The notes: generated by a model not told the origin, from the letters alone. Shown: positions 30,288-41,458, counted from the first letter of the stretch. The stretch is DNA of 64,000 nucleotides from Desulfomonilia bacterium (GCA_050014195.1 JBEKDT010000015.1:32001-96000), one strand, 5' to 3'. Program-made: numbers and translations.

Positions 30288-31549
30288 GGGCTGTGGAAAG
30301 TTGGGATCAAGTTTCTATCGGTGGATTAGTTAATCTTATTAATGGATTTGCTTTCCCTTCGAAAGGATTCACTGAGGGAGAAGGAATACCACTCATCCGA
30401 ATTCGTGACCTCGAACGTCAAAAGACAGAAGTCAATTTCCGAGGCAAATATAACGACCGCTACCTCGTAAAGAGAGATGATCTCTTGATTGGTATGGATG
30501 GTGATTTCCTGACCGTTAAATGGAAAGGAAACGATGCCCTATTAAATCAACGACTCTGCAAGCTGATAACCAAGAATCCAGAAAGTCTTGTTCAAGATTT
30601 TCTTTTCTACAGGATCATTGAGGAGATCCTTCGCATTCACCGCATCACAGCCGCTACGACTGTTAAGCATCTATCTTCGAAAGATGTTCTTGGGATAGAG
30701 ATAGATCTACCTCCCAAGCATGAACAAACTAAAATCGCCGAGATACTCTCGACCGTGGACCGTGCGATTGAACAGACCGAGGTGTTGATTGCCAAGCAGC
30801 AGCGCATCAAGACCGGCCTGATGCATGACCTCCTCACTCGCGGCATCGACAAACACGGCAACCTCCGCTCCGAACAAACTCACCGATTCAAAGACTCCCC
30901 GCTGGGCAGGATTCCGGTCGAATGGGAGGTAGAAAAATGGAGTCATGTTTGTAGTAAAATTCAAGATGGTACGCACTTCTCACCACGAACCGACTCGTCC
31001 GCAGAGTTTAAGTATGTAACATCGAAGAATATCAAATTCGGATTTTTGGATCTGTCTGATGTTGAATATATAGATAAAAGACAGCACGATGAAATATACA
31101 AGAGATGCGATGTATGTCATGGAGACGTACTACTCACGAAAGATGGTGCAAACACAGGTAATTCTGCCATTAATTTTCTGAAAGAAGAGTTTAGCCTCTT
31201 GTCTAGCGTTGCCCTCATCCGACCATTGGAGAACAAACTAACATCAATGTTTTTGCTCCAAACAATTTTGAGCGAAAACGGACAACAGCTTATTAAAGAT
31301 GCAATGTCCGGCCTTGCGATTACCCGGGTTACATTGGAAATTATCAACAACTTTTTAATAAAGATCCCTCCTATCAAGGAGCAAAAAAGCATAGGACAAT
31401 TCCTTGCATTGCAGGATGAGCGAATCAAATTAGATGCAAAAAAACTCGCCAAACTCCGCTCCCTTAAAATAGCTCTCATGCAAGACCTGCTCACCGGCAA
31501 AAAGCGCGTCACTGCCCTGCTCAACGATATGGAGGTTGCATCTCTATGA
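30284..31549 (+). CDS. hsdS: Type I R-M specificity subunit
   Basis: Two AT-rich TRDs with conserved repeats [13 protein letters not shown] and [13 protein letters not shown]. Confidence 0.93.
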   Translation: MRAVESWDQVSIGGLVNLINGFAFPSKGFTEGEGIPLIRIRDLERQKTEVNFRGKYNDRYLVKRDDLLIGMDGDFLTVKWKGNDALLNQRLCKLITKNPESLVQDFLFYRIIEEILRIHRITAATTVKHLSSKDVLGIEIDLPPKHEQTKIAEILSTVDRAIEQTEVLIAKQQRIKTGLMHDLLTRGIDKHGNLRSEQTHRFKDSPLGRIPVEWEVEKWSHVCSKIQDGTHFSPRTDSSAEFKYVTSKNIKFGFLDLSDVEYIDKRQHDEIYKRCDVCHGDVLLTKDGANTGNSAINFLKEEFSLLSSVALIRPLENKLTSMFLLQTILSENGQQLIKDAMSGLAITRVTLEIINNFLIKIPPIKEQKSIGQFLALQDERIKLDAKKLAKLRSLKIALMQDLLTGKKRVTALLNDMEVASL

Positions 31550-32571
31550 GCAAACGTTACACCCCTCCTTACCGTATCACCCCAACAATCCTATACCTCA
31601 TCGAGCAGATCGGCGAGGCCTTGGGCAAACTCCGGATTCATCCCGACAGCGCCACCGTCCCCCTCCTACGGCGCGGCAACCGCATCAAGACCATCCAGGC
31701 CTCCCTTGAGATTGAAGGCAACACGCTCAACCTGGAACAGGTCACTGCAATACTCGATGGCAAACGGGTGTTGGGGCTGCCCCGTGAAATCCAGGAGGTG
31801 CGTAACGCCTTTGCCGCCTACGAAGAACTCCCGAACTGGTCTGCCCATTCCCGCAAAGACCTCCTTGCAGCCCACGGCCTGCTCATGGCCGGGCTGGTCG
31901 ATGAAATCGGGCGGTTCCGGTCAGGAGGGGTCGGCATCCACCGTGGTAAAAAAGTCGTGCATGTTGCGCCGCCTGCCGACCGGGTACCCGCGCTGATAAG
32001 CGATCTACTTTCCTGGCTCAAGAAAACCGACGAGCATCCCCTTGTGGCCAGTTGCGTCTTTCATTACGAATTCGAGTTCATCCATCCCTTCCAGGACGGC
32101 AACGGCAGGCTTGGGCGACTCTGGCAGACGCTGATCCTCAGCAAATGGCGGCCGGTCTTTGCCATGCTCCCTGTTGAAAGTATCATCCGCGACCGGCAGC
32201 GCGACTACTATGCAGCCCTCGGCCAGGCCGACCGTGCGGCTGATGCCACTGCATTCATAGAGTTCATGCTGAATGCCATCCTGCAGGCAATAAAAGAAGC
32301 AACCCTCGGGAGCGACCAAGAAAGCGACTATCAAAGCGACCAAGTAATCCGCCTGCTCCGGGTCCTTCGGAAGTCACAGCGAAGCGCCTCTGATATCATG
32401 GCCGAGCTGAGGCTTTCGCACAAGCCCACGTTCCGCAAGAACTACCTCCACCCGGCTCTCGCTGGAGGATTGATCGAAATGATCCACCCCGATACACCCC
32501 GCAGCCGCAACCAGAAATACCGTCTGACTGCGCGTGGTGAACAGCTTATTATTGCCAAGGATGCCCGATGA
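31546..32571 (+). CDS. Fic-domain protein with C-terminal wHTH
   Basis: HPFQDGNGRLGR Fic motif; SLEIEGN inhibitory motif; RSRNQKYRLT. Confidence 0.92.
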   Translation: MSKRYTPPYRITPTILYLIEQIGEALGKLRIHPDSATVPLLRRGNRIKTIQASLEIEGNTLNLEQVTAILDGKRVLGLPREIQEVRNAFAAYEELPNWSAHSRKDLLAAHGLLMAGLVDEIGRFRSGGVGIHRGKKVVHVAPPADRVPALISDLLSWLKKTDEHPLVASCVFHYEFEFIHPFQDGNGRLGRLWQTLILSKWRPVFAMLPVESIIRDRQRDYYAALGQADRAADATAFIEFMLNAILQAIKEATLGSDQESDYQSDQVIRLLRVLRKSQRSASDIMAELRLSHKPTFRKNYLHPALAGGLIEMIHPDTPRSRNQKYRLTARGEQLIIAKDAR

Positions 32572-35500
32572 CCCACGACAAGACACCTCCCCACATCAAA
32601 CTCGACGAACGCAACCATGTGGAGAAACCCCTGCTCGATCAGCTGGCCGGCCTTGGGTGGGAGATCATCGAGCTCGACAACAAGCAACTTCCTGCACACA
32701 CCTTCCGAGAGACCTTCACCGAGGTGGTCATGCTTCCGGTGCTTCGCTCCCAGCTCAAGGTCATCAACCCCTGGCTGGAAGACGACCAGGTCGAAGAGGT
32801 GGTCAAACAGCTCACTGCGAGCTTCCCGGGCACCGGCTTGATTGCCAACAACCGCCACGCCTTTACCCTGCTGCAGGAGAACACCAGCGTGAGCGAGAAC
32901 CGCACAACCGGCGATAAGAGCCCGACCGTTCGTTTTATTGACTTCGCCCACCGGGACAACAACCGCTTCATTGCCGTGTGCCAGCTCAAGGTGCGCATCC
33001 TGGGCACAGAATACCACATCATCCCGGACATTGTGCTGTTCCTCAATGGCCTGCCCGTGGTGGTGATCGAGTGCAAGTCGCCCAAGGTCAAGGACGCCAT
33101 CCCAGAGGCCATCGACCAGATGCTCCGGTACAGCGAGCAGCGAGGCGCCAAGGGCGAAGGCAGCGCGCCGCTGTTCTATTACAACCAGATTATGATCGCC
33201 ACCTGTCGCAATGAGGCCAAGTTCGGCACCATCACGACATACACCGAGAAATATTTCTACCGTTGGGCCGATCCGTACCCACGCACCGTGGACAAACTGG
33301 ATCACCACGGCAGCGGCCCCAACGACCAGCAGCGCCTGGTGGCAGGGATGCTCGACCGCGACAACCTGCTGGATCTCATCCGCACCTTCACGCTGTTCTC
33401 CACCAATGACAAGGGAGAGACCATCAAGATTGTTGGCCGCTACCAGCAGTTCCGCGCGGTCAAGCTGGCAGTGAAGCGATTGCTTGAAGGCAAGAACCCC
33501 CGCGAGCGCAGCGGCATCATCTGGCATACCCAGGGATCGGGCAAATCGCTGACCATGATGTTCATGGTGCGCGAGATGTATCGACACGCCCGGCTCTCCA
33601 ACTGGAAGGTGGTCTTTGTGACCGACCGCACCCAGCTGGAAGGCCAGCTTTCCGAGACCAGCCATAGCATCGGATTTACGGTCAAGGTGGCTGATAGCAT
33701 CAGAACGTTGAAAGAGCTGCTGAGGTCGGACTCATCGGATCTGGCCATGGCCATGATCCACAAGTTCCGGGAAGCCGATCTGACCGAGACCTTCCCGGAG
33801 CTGAATGCCAGCCCGCATATCCTGGTGATGACCGACGAGGCGCACCGATCCTAGTACGCCATGCTCGGAGCCAACCTGGACAAGGGCATCCCCAATGCCG
33901 CCCGCATCGGCTACACCGGCACACCCATCGACAAGACCGAGCGGGTCTTCGGCGACTATATCGACAAATACACCATGCGCCAGTCCATCGATGACGGCGT
34001 GACCCTGGAGATCGTGTACGAAGGCCGCACCCATAAAGCCGAGGTGGCCGACCCAAAAGGCATGGACACGGCCTTTGCGGATGTGTTCAGCGATTACAAC
34101 CTTCAGCAGCGACTCCAGATTCTTGGTTATGGCTCTCGTGAAGCATACCTGGAGGCCGAACCGACCATCGAGGCTAAGGCCAAAGACATGGTGACTCACT
34201 ACCTGGACCATGTATTTCCCAATGGCTACAAGGCACAGGTGGTAGCTACGTCCCGAGAGGCTGCGGTGCGCTACAAGAAGCACATCGACGATGCACTGGC
34301 TGCTGCCCTTACCGAACTGGAGAAGGCAAACCCTAGGAAGCTCGACCTTGTTCGATTGAAGATGCTGACCACGGATGTCATCATCTCAGGCAGTCACAAT
34401 GACCTGCCGCACCTGAAAATGTATTCGGACAGCTCCAGGCACGAGGCAAGTATCAAGAGCTTTAAATTGTCCTTTGACAGCGAAGATGAAGGTATCAAAG
34501 GCAACATGGGGATCTTGATCGTAAACAACATGCTCATTACCGGCTTCGATGCCCCGGTGGAACAGGTCATGTATCTCGACAAGGTTATTGTGGCCCATAA
34601 CCTCCTCCAGGCCATTGCCCGCGTGAACCGCGTGGGCGGCGAGTCCAAGGACAAGGGATTCGTGGTCGATTATGTGGGGGTCGGCCACCACCTGAAAGAA
34701 GCCATTGACAGCTATGATGAGCGTGAGCAAAAGGAAGTGATCGATTGCCTGAGCTTCCCCGAGGAAGAACTGCGGGAACTGGGTGCCAGCCATACGGCCA
34801 TTATGGAACTGCTCAAGAAGAACGGCCTTACGGACCTGACTGATCACGATGCCTTCTTCGACCTGTTCTATGACGAAGACCTGCGCTTTGACTACATTCT
34901 GGCGTTCAAGCACTTCACGAAGTGCCTGAACCTGGTCTTTCCTGCGAAGGAAGCGCTTACTTTCATGGCCGACTACCAGGCCTTGAACGAGATCAATGTG
35001 ATGGCAGCCAAGCACTTGTATGACGAACGTTTGAGCATGAAAGGCATACCTCCGAAGCTGCGCGGCATCACCGATGCCTATCTCACGTCAAAAGGGATTG
35101 AGGTTAAGGTTGAGCCCATCTCTATCCTGGATGCGGACTTTCAGAAACAGGTCGATAAGCGCAGCCGAACCAAGACCAAGGCAGCAGAGGTGGAGCACGC
35201 CATCCGCCACCACCTCGATGTGGAGCTGGACGACGACCCGGACCTGCAGGCCTCTTTTGCCGAGGCCCTTGCAGCGATCCTTGAAGAGTTCCGCAACAAC
35301 TGGCAGAAGATCTATGAAGAGCTTGAGAAACTGCGAACGCGCATCATCAATGCCAGCAAGGAGCCGACCTATGGGCTGCACCGCAAGAAACAGATGCCTT
35401 TTTTCCGCATGTTCAAGCGGGAAATCTTCGGGGAGGGCACGGTTGATCTGCCGGACGAATCGCTGAAAGCCGCAGAACCCCATGTACCCTATGGCATGAG

Positions 35501-35753
35501 CGAGGAAGACAAGATAAGCCACTTGGTCGACCTGACGCAGAAGGCCTTTTTGGTTGTTGAGCGGGAACTGAAGCTCACCGGATTCTGGGAAAGCATCCCT
35601 GCTCGGAATAAACTGAAAGCAGATCTTCAGAAGATACTGCTGGCTGAAGAATTCAAGAAACTCCCTGGCCTGGTGAAGAACCGTGCCCACATCATCTCCC
35701 GCATCATGGAAATCGCCGAGAAGAACAACGACATCATCCTCTACGCCGAGTGA
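32568..35753 (+). pseudogene. hsdR: Type I restriction subunit HsdR interrupted by one in-frame TAG at 33852-33854
   Basis: IECKSP nuclease motif, HTQGSGKS, DEAHRS*YAML, GYTGTP, TGFDAP, QAIARVNR; both ORFs are in the same frame. Confidence 0.9.
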
Positions 35754-36442
35754 TCATGATGGACCTGACCTACACTATTCAAAGATCAGCCAAGAGGCGC
35801 AAGCTGACCATCACGGTGGAACGCGACCGCAGCGTGGTGGTACATGCACCGGTTGGTATATCTGACGAGAAGATCCAGCAGGTGGTGGAGTCAAAACATC
35901 AATGGATCTACGAAAAGACCGGCCATTCTCAGAAATACCGGGTTCTGCCCCATCCTCCCGGCAAGGAACTGGTCAGCGGTGAATCGACGCTCTATCTGGG
36001 GAGACAATACCGCATCGAGCTTGTAAAAAAAGGGTTGGATAGGGTTAAGTTCGTCCAGCGATTCTTCATTCCTGCAGCACAGGGAGAAAGACATCATGAG
36101 TTCTTGCGGGAATGGTATATCAACAGGGCCAAAGAAAAGATCATCCCACGGGTGAAGGTTCACGCCAGGGAACTCGGCGTTGATGTCGCCAGGGTAAAGA
36201 TCGTTAATAACCGTTACCGCTGGGGTTCATGCACCCTGAATGACAATGTAAATCTTAACTGGCGCTTGATCAAGGCACCCATGTTTGTCATCGACTATGT
36301 CATCATCCACGAACTCGCTCACCTTATAGAGCCGAACCACACGCCCCGGTTCTGGAATATCGTCCGCGCACAAGCCCCGACTATGGATAAGGCCAAGGCC
36401 TGGTTGAAGGAGCATGGGCAAGTGCTGGAACAATCGATATGA
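35750..36442 (+). CDS. YgjP/DUF45-like (M48/SprT-type) metallo-hydrolase, common hsdR neighbour
   Basis: RWGSCT, LNWRLIKAP, YVIIHELAHLIEPNHTPRFW. Confidence 0.88.
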   Translation: MIMMDLTYTIQRSAKRRKLTITVERDRSVVVHAPVGISDEKIQQVVESKHQWIYEKTGHSQKYRVLPHPPGKELVSGESTLYLGRQYRIELVKKGLDRVKFVQRFFIPAAQGERHHEFLREWYINRAKEKIIPRVKVHARELGVDVARVKIVNNRYRWGSCTLNDNVNLNWRLIKAPMFVIDYVIIHELAHLIEPNHTPRFWNIVRAQAPTMDKAKAWLKEHGQVLEQSI

Positions 36443-36539
36443 CAGGGGCAGAAACTGGGGGTCATCCATTTTCTCAATACCAAGACCTGACAATATTGTA
36501 GCTTGATTGAGAAATGGAACAAAACCTTTTGCCTGTCAT

Positions 36540-36773
36540 TTATTCGGCTTCAATAATAACGCCACATTGCTCACATTGATAGCGGGTCTTTTCCTGATCG
36601 ATTGCCGGGACTTCCTCGAAGTCATATTGCTTCTTGCCGTGCACCTCAAAACATTCCGGGCAATACCCTTCTGACAGCTCATCGGCGGTAATGGTCAGAT
36701 GGCAGTGCAGGCAGCGCAGTCTGCTTTTCTGCTGTGGCAGGAGGACCAGGTGGAGATGTCTGCATGATGTCAT
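36540..36773 (-). CDS. Small Cys-rich zinc-ribbon protein
   Basis: CLHC, CPEC and CEQC motifs in 77 aa. Confidence 0.65.
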   Translation of the reverse strand: MTSCRHLHLVLLPQQKSRLRCLHCHLTITADELSEGYCPECFEVHGKKQYDFEEVPAIDQEKTRYQCEQCGVIIEAE

Positions 36774-36859
36774 ACGACAAGCCTTTAAAGAATTTATTGC
36801 AGTGAATCAAGTGCTCATTTAGGAGTGAACAGAAAGCATGTGCCACCCATTAAAAGGTT

Positions 36860-37098
36860 CTGAAGAAGAGATGGGGGTCAGGTCCCAACAATCAACATTC
36901 TTCTTGAAGCCATCACCAAATCATGTTTCATATGGCCCGGTCTCTTTGCGCTCGGGATAGGTGGAGCAGCCGTAAAGTTTGTTGACGGGTGTCGGGCCTT
37001 TCTTTGCAGTGGACAGTATCGTCGCGCTGCCGCTCCAGGGGCACGGCAGTGGTGCTGGGTTATCACGGACAGGTGTTTGAAAGGCTGCGGGTTTGTTT
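36860..37098. repeat. Direct-repeat copy of the Mrr gene 3' end and downstream flank
   Basis: Aligns with 38641-38879 at a constant offset of 1781 bp, with scattered substitutions. Confidence 0.9.
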
Positions 37099-37247
37099 CT
37101 AGCCCATCAGGGGGTCACTATAGCAGTGCACATGTTATTTAAGCATTGTTGAACAAGATTGCTCAGAAGTGCTCTTATTCAATTATTCTTGAATAACCAT
37201 GTGCATGGTACTATACTGTTCAACAATCCTTGAATAAGGGGGCTGGA

Positions 37248-38396
37248 ATGAAGATGAACAGGAGTGGAGTGTATATCCAGCAATCGTCAGGATACAAGGC
37301 ATTCATACCCAAGCCTCTGCCCCCGGACCCACCCATCCAGTTCAGCGGGAATATGCCAAAGCTGCTTTCCCAGGCGGACAGAGCCTTAGCTCGGCTGGAC
37401 AGCCTTGGTGACATATTGCCCAATGTGGATCTCTTCATTGCCATGTTTGTGAGGAAAGAGGCAGTGCTCAGCTCGCAGATCGAAGGCACACAGGCCTCCC
37501 TTGAGGACCTATTCCAGTACGAGAGTGGACAGTCACCCGAGAAGGTCAATGATGTGGATGAGGTGGTGAACTACATCAAGGCCCTCAATTATGGCATGGA
37601 GCGCTTGGACAGCCTGCCCATGAGCAACCGCCTCATCAGGGAGATCCATGAGGTGCTGCTCAAGGGGGTGCGTGGCGCAAGGAAGACCCCAGGGAAATTC
37701 AAGAGAACCCAGAATTGGATCGGCTCTCCGGGATCTACCCTGGCTGATGCAAGCTTTGTCCCTCCACCTCCTCATGAGGCAACCAAGGCCATGGGTGAAC
37801 TGGAGAAATATCTCCACCTCGACAGCGACTTCCCAGCCCTCATCAACTGCGCCCTCATCCACTATCAGTTTGAGACCATCCACCCGTTCCTCGACGGTAA
37901 CGGCAGGATTGGCCGCCTGCTCATAACCTTCTACCTTTACTGGAAAGACATCCTGCACAAGCCGTTGCTCTATCTGAGTTACTTCTTCAAGAAGAACAGG
38001 CAGGAATACTATGACCGCCTCACCATGGTGAGGAACTCTGGCAATTATGAGCAGTGGCTGGATTTCTTCCTCAGGGGAGTCACCGAGGTGTCGGATTTGG
38101 CCATAGAGACTGCGAAGAAGATCCTTGAACTACAGACAAACCACCGGAACCTGCTCTGGCAGGAGAAGATGTCGTCACCGCTGGCTGTGGGGCTCCTGGA
38201 GAAGCTCTTCTATACCCCATACATGTCCGTGATGAATGTGGCCGAGGCATTTTCCATCTCCTATCAGACGGCATCGCTCCTCGTGACTCAGTTCGAGAAA
38301 AACGGCATCCTCAAGGAGATCACGGGCAAGAAGCGGGATAAACGGTATGTGTACAAGCAGTACATCGACATCCTCTCGGAAGGGACAAGACCGTGA
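37248..38396 (+). CDS. Fic-domain protein (SSQIEGT class) with C-terminal HTH
   Basis: EAVLSSQIEGTQ, HYQFETIHPFLDGNGRIGR. Confidence 0.92.
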   Translation: MKMNRSGVYIQQSSGYKAFIPKPLPPDPPIQFSGNMPKLLSQADRALARLDSLGDILPNVDLFIAMFVRKEAVLSSQIEGTQASLEDLFQYESGQSPEKVNDVDEVVNYIKALNYGMERLDSLPMSNRLIREIHEVLLKGVRGARKTPGKFKRTQNWIGSPGSTLADASFVPPPPHEATKAMGELEKYLHLDSDFPALINCALIHYQFETIHPFLDGNGRIGRLLITFYLYWKDILHKPLLYLSYFFKKNRQEYYDRLTMVRNSGNYEQWLDFFLRGVTEVSDLAIETAKKILELQTNHRNLLWQEKMSSPLAVGLLEKLFYTPYMSVMNVAEAFSISYQTASLLVTQFEKNGILKEITGKKRDKRYVYKQYIDILSEGTRP

Positions 38397-38643
38397 AGGA
38401 TGTAGAGATTGCGGCCAGACTTAAAAATCTTTTCTCTTCTCCCCGGATTGTGTTCTAGTATGACGAAGGTTCTGAATTCAGCGACACAGTGCGAACCTGA
38501 ACTTGGAGGGTATTCAAATCCTGCGGCTCGATGAAACCGACCCATTCGCCGTCAAGGTTATGATCGAGTATGATAACCCCGATGGTAAGTACCTCATCTA
38601 TGGCCCCTTTGCCGAGCCTCTGGAGAAGGATGACTGGCTGCTG
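38393..38643 (+). pseudogene. pglZ: N-terminal remnant of BREX PglZ-like phosphatase
   Basis: GTG overlaps the Fic stop; reads ...PRIVF*YDEGSEF (TGG>TAG at 38456), frameshift, then LRLDE...KYLIYGPFAEP...DDWLL, truncated at the repeat junction. Confidence 0.65.
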
Positions 38644-38701
38644 AAAAAGAGATGGGGGTCAGGTCCCAACAATCAATATACTTCTTGAAGCCATCACCAA
38701 A

Positions 38702-39565
38702 TCATGTTTCAAACGGCCCGGTCTCCTTGCGCTCGGGATAGGTGGAGCAGCCGTAAAGTTTGTTGACGGGTGTCGAGCCTTTCTTTGCAGTGTGCAGTAT
38801 CGTCGCGCTGCCGCTCCAGGGGCACGGCAGTGGTGCAGGGTTATCGCGGACAGGTGTCTGAAAGGCTGCTGGTTTGTTTTTTGGTAATGGGACGAGATCG
38901 GCCTTGCTCCGGCCGATCATTGCAAAGAGCTGTTTGCCGTTGACGAGCTTGATGGGGTTGCCTTTGGAAAAATCGATCGCCTCCTGGGTAAAGATGCCTG
39001 AGGTAATAACGATTCCTCCCGAGGCCTTCTCGTCGTAAACGACTCCGAGCAGTTCGTGGACAATGACGACGTCCACGCTCTCCATCTTCCAGTGCTTGCA
39101 CTGGACAAAGATGGTCTCGCCGTTCTTTTTCAGGACAAGGTCCACTCCCTTGTATGCCCCGCCGCCTCCGGTCTCAATGACGGTGTAGCCTCTTCTTCTG
39201 TATGCATCGCCCACGATCCGCTCGAAATCCCGCCAGCTCAGTGCCCGGAGTGTTTCCCAATTCTTCCGGCTCTTGAAAAGAACGATCCTCTTTTTGCGGA
39301 TGAAAACTGAATTCAAGAAAAAGAGGCCTGCCGTTACGAGAAAAAAGAACAAGGCCGAGTTGGCAAATGTCGGGCCTGATTGCGCCAGGCTTCTCAAAAA
39401 GATATCATGAGGAATGCCGTTGGGACTTGGTGCTGCATGGTAATTACCCCACATTGCCGGGAATGCATACTTCAATAATCCATAGCTGAGGACTGCAAGA
39501 ATAACGCTGACCCACCATAATGCCTCAATCAGGTCATCAGCAAGTGAGGTGATTTTTCTTGCCAT
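38702..39565 (-). CDS. Membrane-anchored Mrr-like restriction endonuclease with degenerate C4 Zn finger
   Basis: Two TMs, LSWRDFERIV, GVDL...FVQCKHW, ITSGIFT, LVNGKQL; CPWSG...GCSTYP. Confidence 0.85.
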   Translation of the reverse strand: MARKITSLADDLIEALWWVSVILAVLSYGLLKYAFPAMWGNYHAAPSPNGIPHDIFLRSLAQSGPTFANSALFFFLVTAGLFFLNSVFIRKKRIVLFKSRKNWETLRALSWRDFERIVGDAYRRRGYTVIETGGGGAYKGVDLVLKKNGETIFVQCKHWKMESVDVVIVHELLGVVYDEKASGGIVITSGIFTQEAIDFSKGNPIKLVNGKQLFAMIGRSKADLVPLPKNKPAAFQTPVRDNPAPLPCPWSGSATILHTAKKGSTPVNKLYGCSTYPERKETGPFET

Positions 39566-39833
39566 GATCTAATCCTTTCCCGGTAGTATGCTTGATTATA
39601 GCTTTATCTAAATTTCACCAGATATGTATTAATAACTTCGGATCAGGGAAAAACCAGTCAGACCAAGAAAAAATGAGACGGATTTATCGTATCATCGCTG
39701 TCCTCAAGCACGCCGGTGGGAATTTCACAGCAGCTCATCATGGAGGAGGTCTTGTCAAAGGGCCGGAAGGGTTCCATGCCTGCGCCCGGGTAATCGCGCC
39801 TGGTTGTGTGGTTTACCTTGAATCAGCTGGTTT

Positions 39834-40004
39834 TTAGTTATTGCCGCACCGCGCCTGCATGGCAGCGATGTCTTCAGGGGCAAGCCCTTTGCAATCGGAA
39901 TTAATCCTGTAATACATGATGGAACCCGGGTTTTTGCTGTGCTCGAGACCCTGGGCATGGCCGAACTCATGGGCCAGCGTACGCACAAGCATGTTGTGGC
40001 CGCT
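39834..40004 (-). pseudogene. C-terminal catalytic half of an interrupted matrixin (M10-like) metalloprotease
   Basis: Minus frame missing from the ORF track reads SGHNMLVRTLAHEFGHAQGLEHSKNPGSIMYY...CGNN*: HExxHxxGxxH plus Met-turn. Confidence 0.88.
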
Positions 40005-40030
40005 TAAATGTTAAATCTTCTTATATACTC
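40003..40030. other. Left att junction of the integrated element (core CT 40003-40004)
   Basis: Host GGCCG-CT then element arm TAAATGTTAAATCTTCTTATAT, an inverted match to the right-end arm. Confidence 0.85.
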
Positions 40031-40198
40031 CCTTTTATAGTCACTGGCAAAATCTCTGCATCCCATAGATCATCAATATCGTAATAGTATCATAAACTTG
40101 GAACCCACTTTGACAAATTGATGTAAAATATATTTTAAGCTTTGGTGTAATGAAATTTATTTTATAATGAAGATAAAAAATATTTTGGAGGAACATCA

Positions 40199-40432
40199 AT
40201 GAATACCAAAGCCATACATCTATCTCACATAAATGTGAATTCCTGGCAGCGTTTCAAATCGTGCGCAGCTATAAAAAATATGGCTATTAACGATCTAGCG
40301 AACGTGATGATTGAGGAATTCGTGGATGATTTCGAGGAAAAACTCTTTCGAGAAGCCTATCACAAGAAGCTTGCCGACCCCACTACCGATCTCAGTAAAC
40401 CTATAACAGTCAAACTCACGAGGACGAAGTAA
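40199..40432 (+). CDS. Putative ribbon-helix-helix DNA-binding protein
   Basis: GGAGG RBS; beta-helix-helix pattern IHLSHI...WQRFKSCAAIKNMAINDLANVMIEEFV. Confidence 0.55.
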   Translation: MNTKAIHLSHINVNSWQRFKSCAAIKNMAINDLANVMIEEFVDDFEEKLFREAYHKKLADPTTDLSKPITVKLTRTK

Positions 40433-40433
40433 T

Positions 40434-40652
40434 ATGAAAAACATCAGCGAGTGTGAGAGTTTCGAGGAATGGGCAATGTCGTTCAGTGATGATGAATTCA
40501 AGGAATTCGTCGCTGACAAATTTGGTGAACTTTCGATGGATCTGCGGAATAGAGATTTTAACATTGATCTCGTCTTACCAATCGTCGAATCAATAAAACA
40601 GGCTGTTTTTATACGTTATCAGTCGAAAGATCCGACAATCACAAATCATTAA
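40434..40652 (+). CDS. Hypothetical acidic protein
   Basis: Starts 1 nt after the previous stop; 72 aa. Confidence 0.5.
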   Translation: MKNISECESFEEWAMSFSDDEFKEFVADKFGELSMDLRNRDFNIDLVLPIVESIKQAVFIRYQSKDPTITNH

Positions 40653-40876
40653 AAACACAATGAACATCCCAGGCCTGTATAAACCCCTATGTTTGTCAAA
40701 TAAACATCACCTGGGACATCTCAGGAAGGAAAGCACTCATTGTAGAAAGGAACCGCATTCTTGCGGATTCTATAGAACAGGTGGGATAGGGTCGCTCCCG
40801 ACAAGAACGGTAAACTCCTTGGACCGTTCTTCCCACTTTTTATCATTCCATGGAGAACATGCACCGAGGAGGCATA

Positions 40877-41458
40877 ATGGAACGGGTTTCACGACGAATC
40901 TATCATAATGACCCTAAATTCAAGCCCAAGACTATCAAAGGTAAGACCAGATGGCAGCATGACAATAGCAAATGGCCCCTCAATTTCGGGTGGATGGAGA
41001 AGGACAAAAGTATCTGGCGCAGACTCAATAATCCCAAGGATCGGAGTTTCCATCACATGATTACAATCCTACAACACTTATGGGAGAAAAGGCTGGATCT
41101 GTTCGAGAGTAAATTTATTGCTGAACGTATAAACGCTGGTTTGTACAATACGCATAAATACGATGATGAGGGAAAGGAACGGAGATGGCCCTTTGTGATG
41201 TGTGCTCCACTTGATTATGATTATTTAGAAGCCCGAGACCTGGATCAAAGAAAGATCAGCTATTGTCTCAATGCACTCGTGAAGTGTGGCTTCTTACGAA
41301 GTTTCCGTCGGATAGGTCGCAATGGTCCAGTGAACTATGCAATCGGCTATTACATAGTGACATCACACGCTCCTTATGGCCGTGCATATCCTTTTTTGAA
41401 GAGTAACCCAGCGTGTCAAAAAGCACTGATTAATTTCAAATTCAGGGAGAAGATGTAG
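40877..41458 (+). CDS. Basic hypothetical protein, candidate replication/wHTH protein
   Basis: GAGGAGG RBS; ISYCLNALVKCGFL...NYAIG resembles a winged-helix end; followed by repeats. Confidence 0.5.
   Translation: MERVSRRIYHNDPKFKPKTIKGKTRWQHDNSKWPLNFGWMEKDKSIWRRLNNPKDRSFHHMITILQHLWEKRLDLFESKFIAERINAGLYNTHKYDDEGKERRWPFVMCAPLDYDYLEARDLDQRKISYCLNALVKCGFLRSFRRIGRNGPVNYAIGYYIVTSHAPYGRAYPFLKSNPACQKALINFKFREKM

Noticed and set aside
32442-33665. Long antisense ORFs (e.g. 407 aa here, also 3048-3884, 10865-11689, 23955-24698)
   Set aside because: Shadows of GC3-rich sense genes with no recognisable motifs.
33852-38458. Amber recoding (pyrrolysine or alternative code) explaining the TAGs in hsdR and pglZ
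   Set aside because: TAG ends normal genes in this window, both cases are single-step mutations (CAG, TGG), pglZ is also frameshifted and truncated, and no pyl genes are present here.
39755-39988. 77-aa ORF MCVRWPMSS... in the ORF track
   Set aside because: Wrong frame; the overlapping minus frame carries the HEFGHAQGLEH protease motif.
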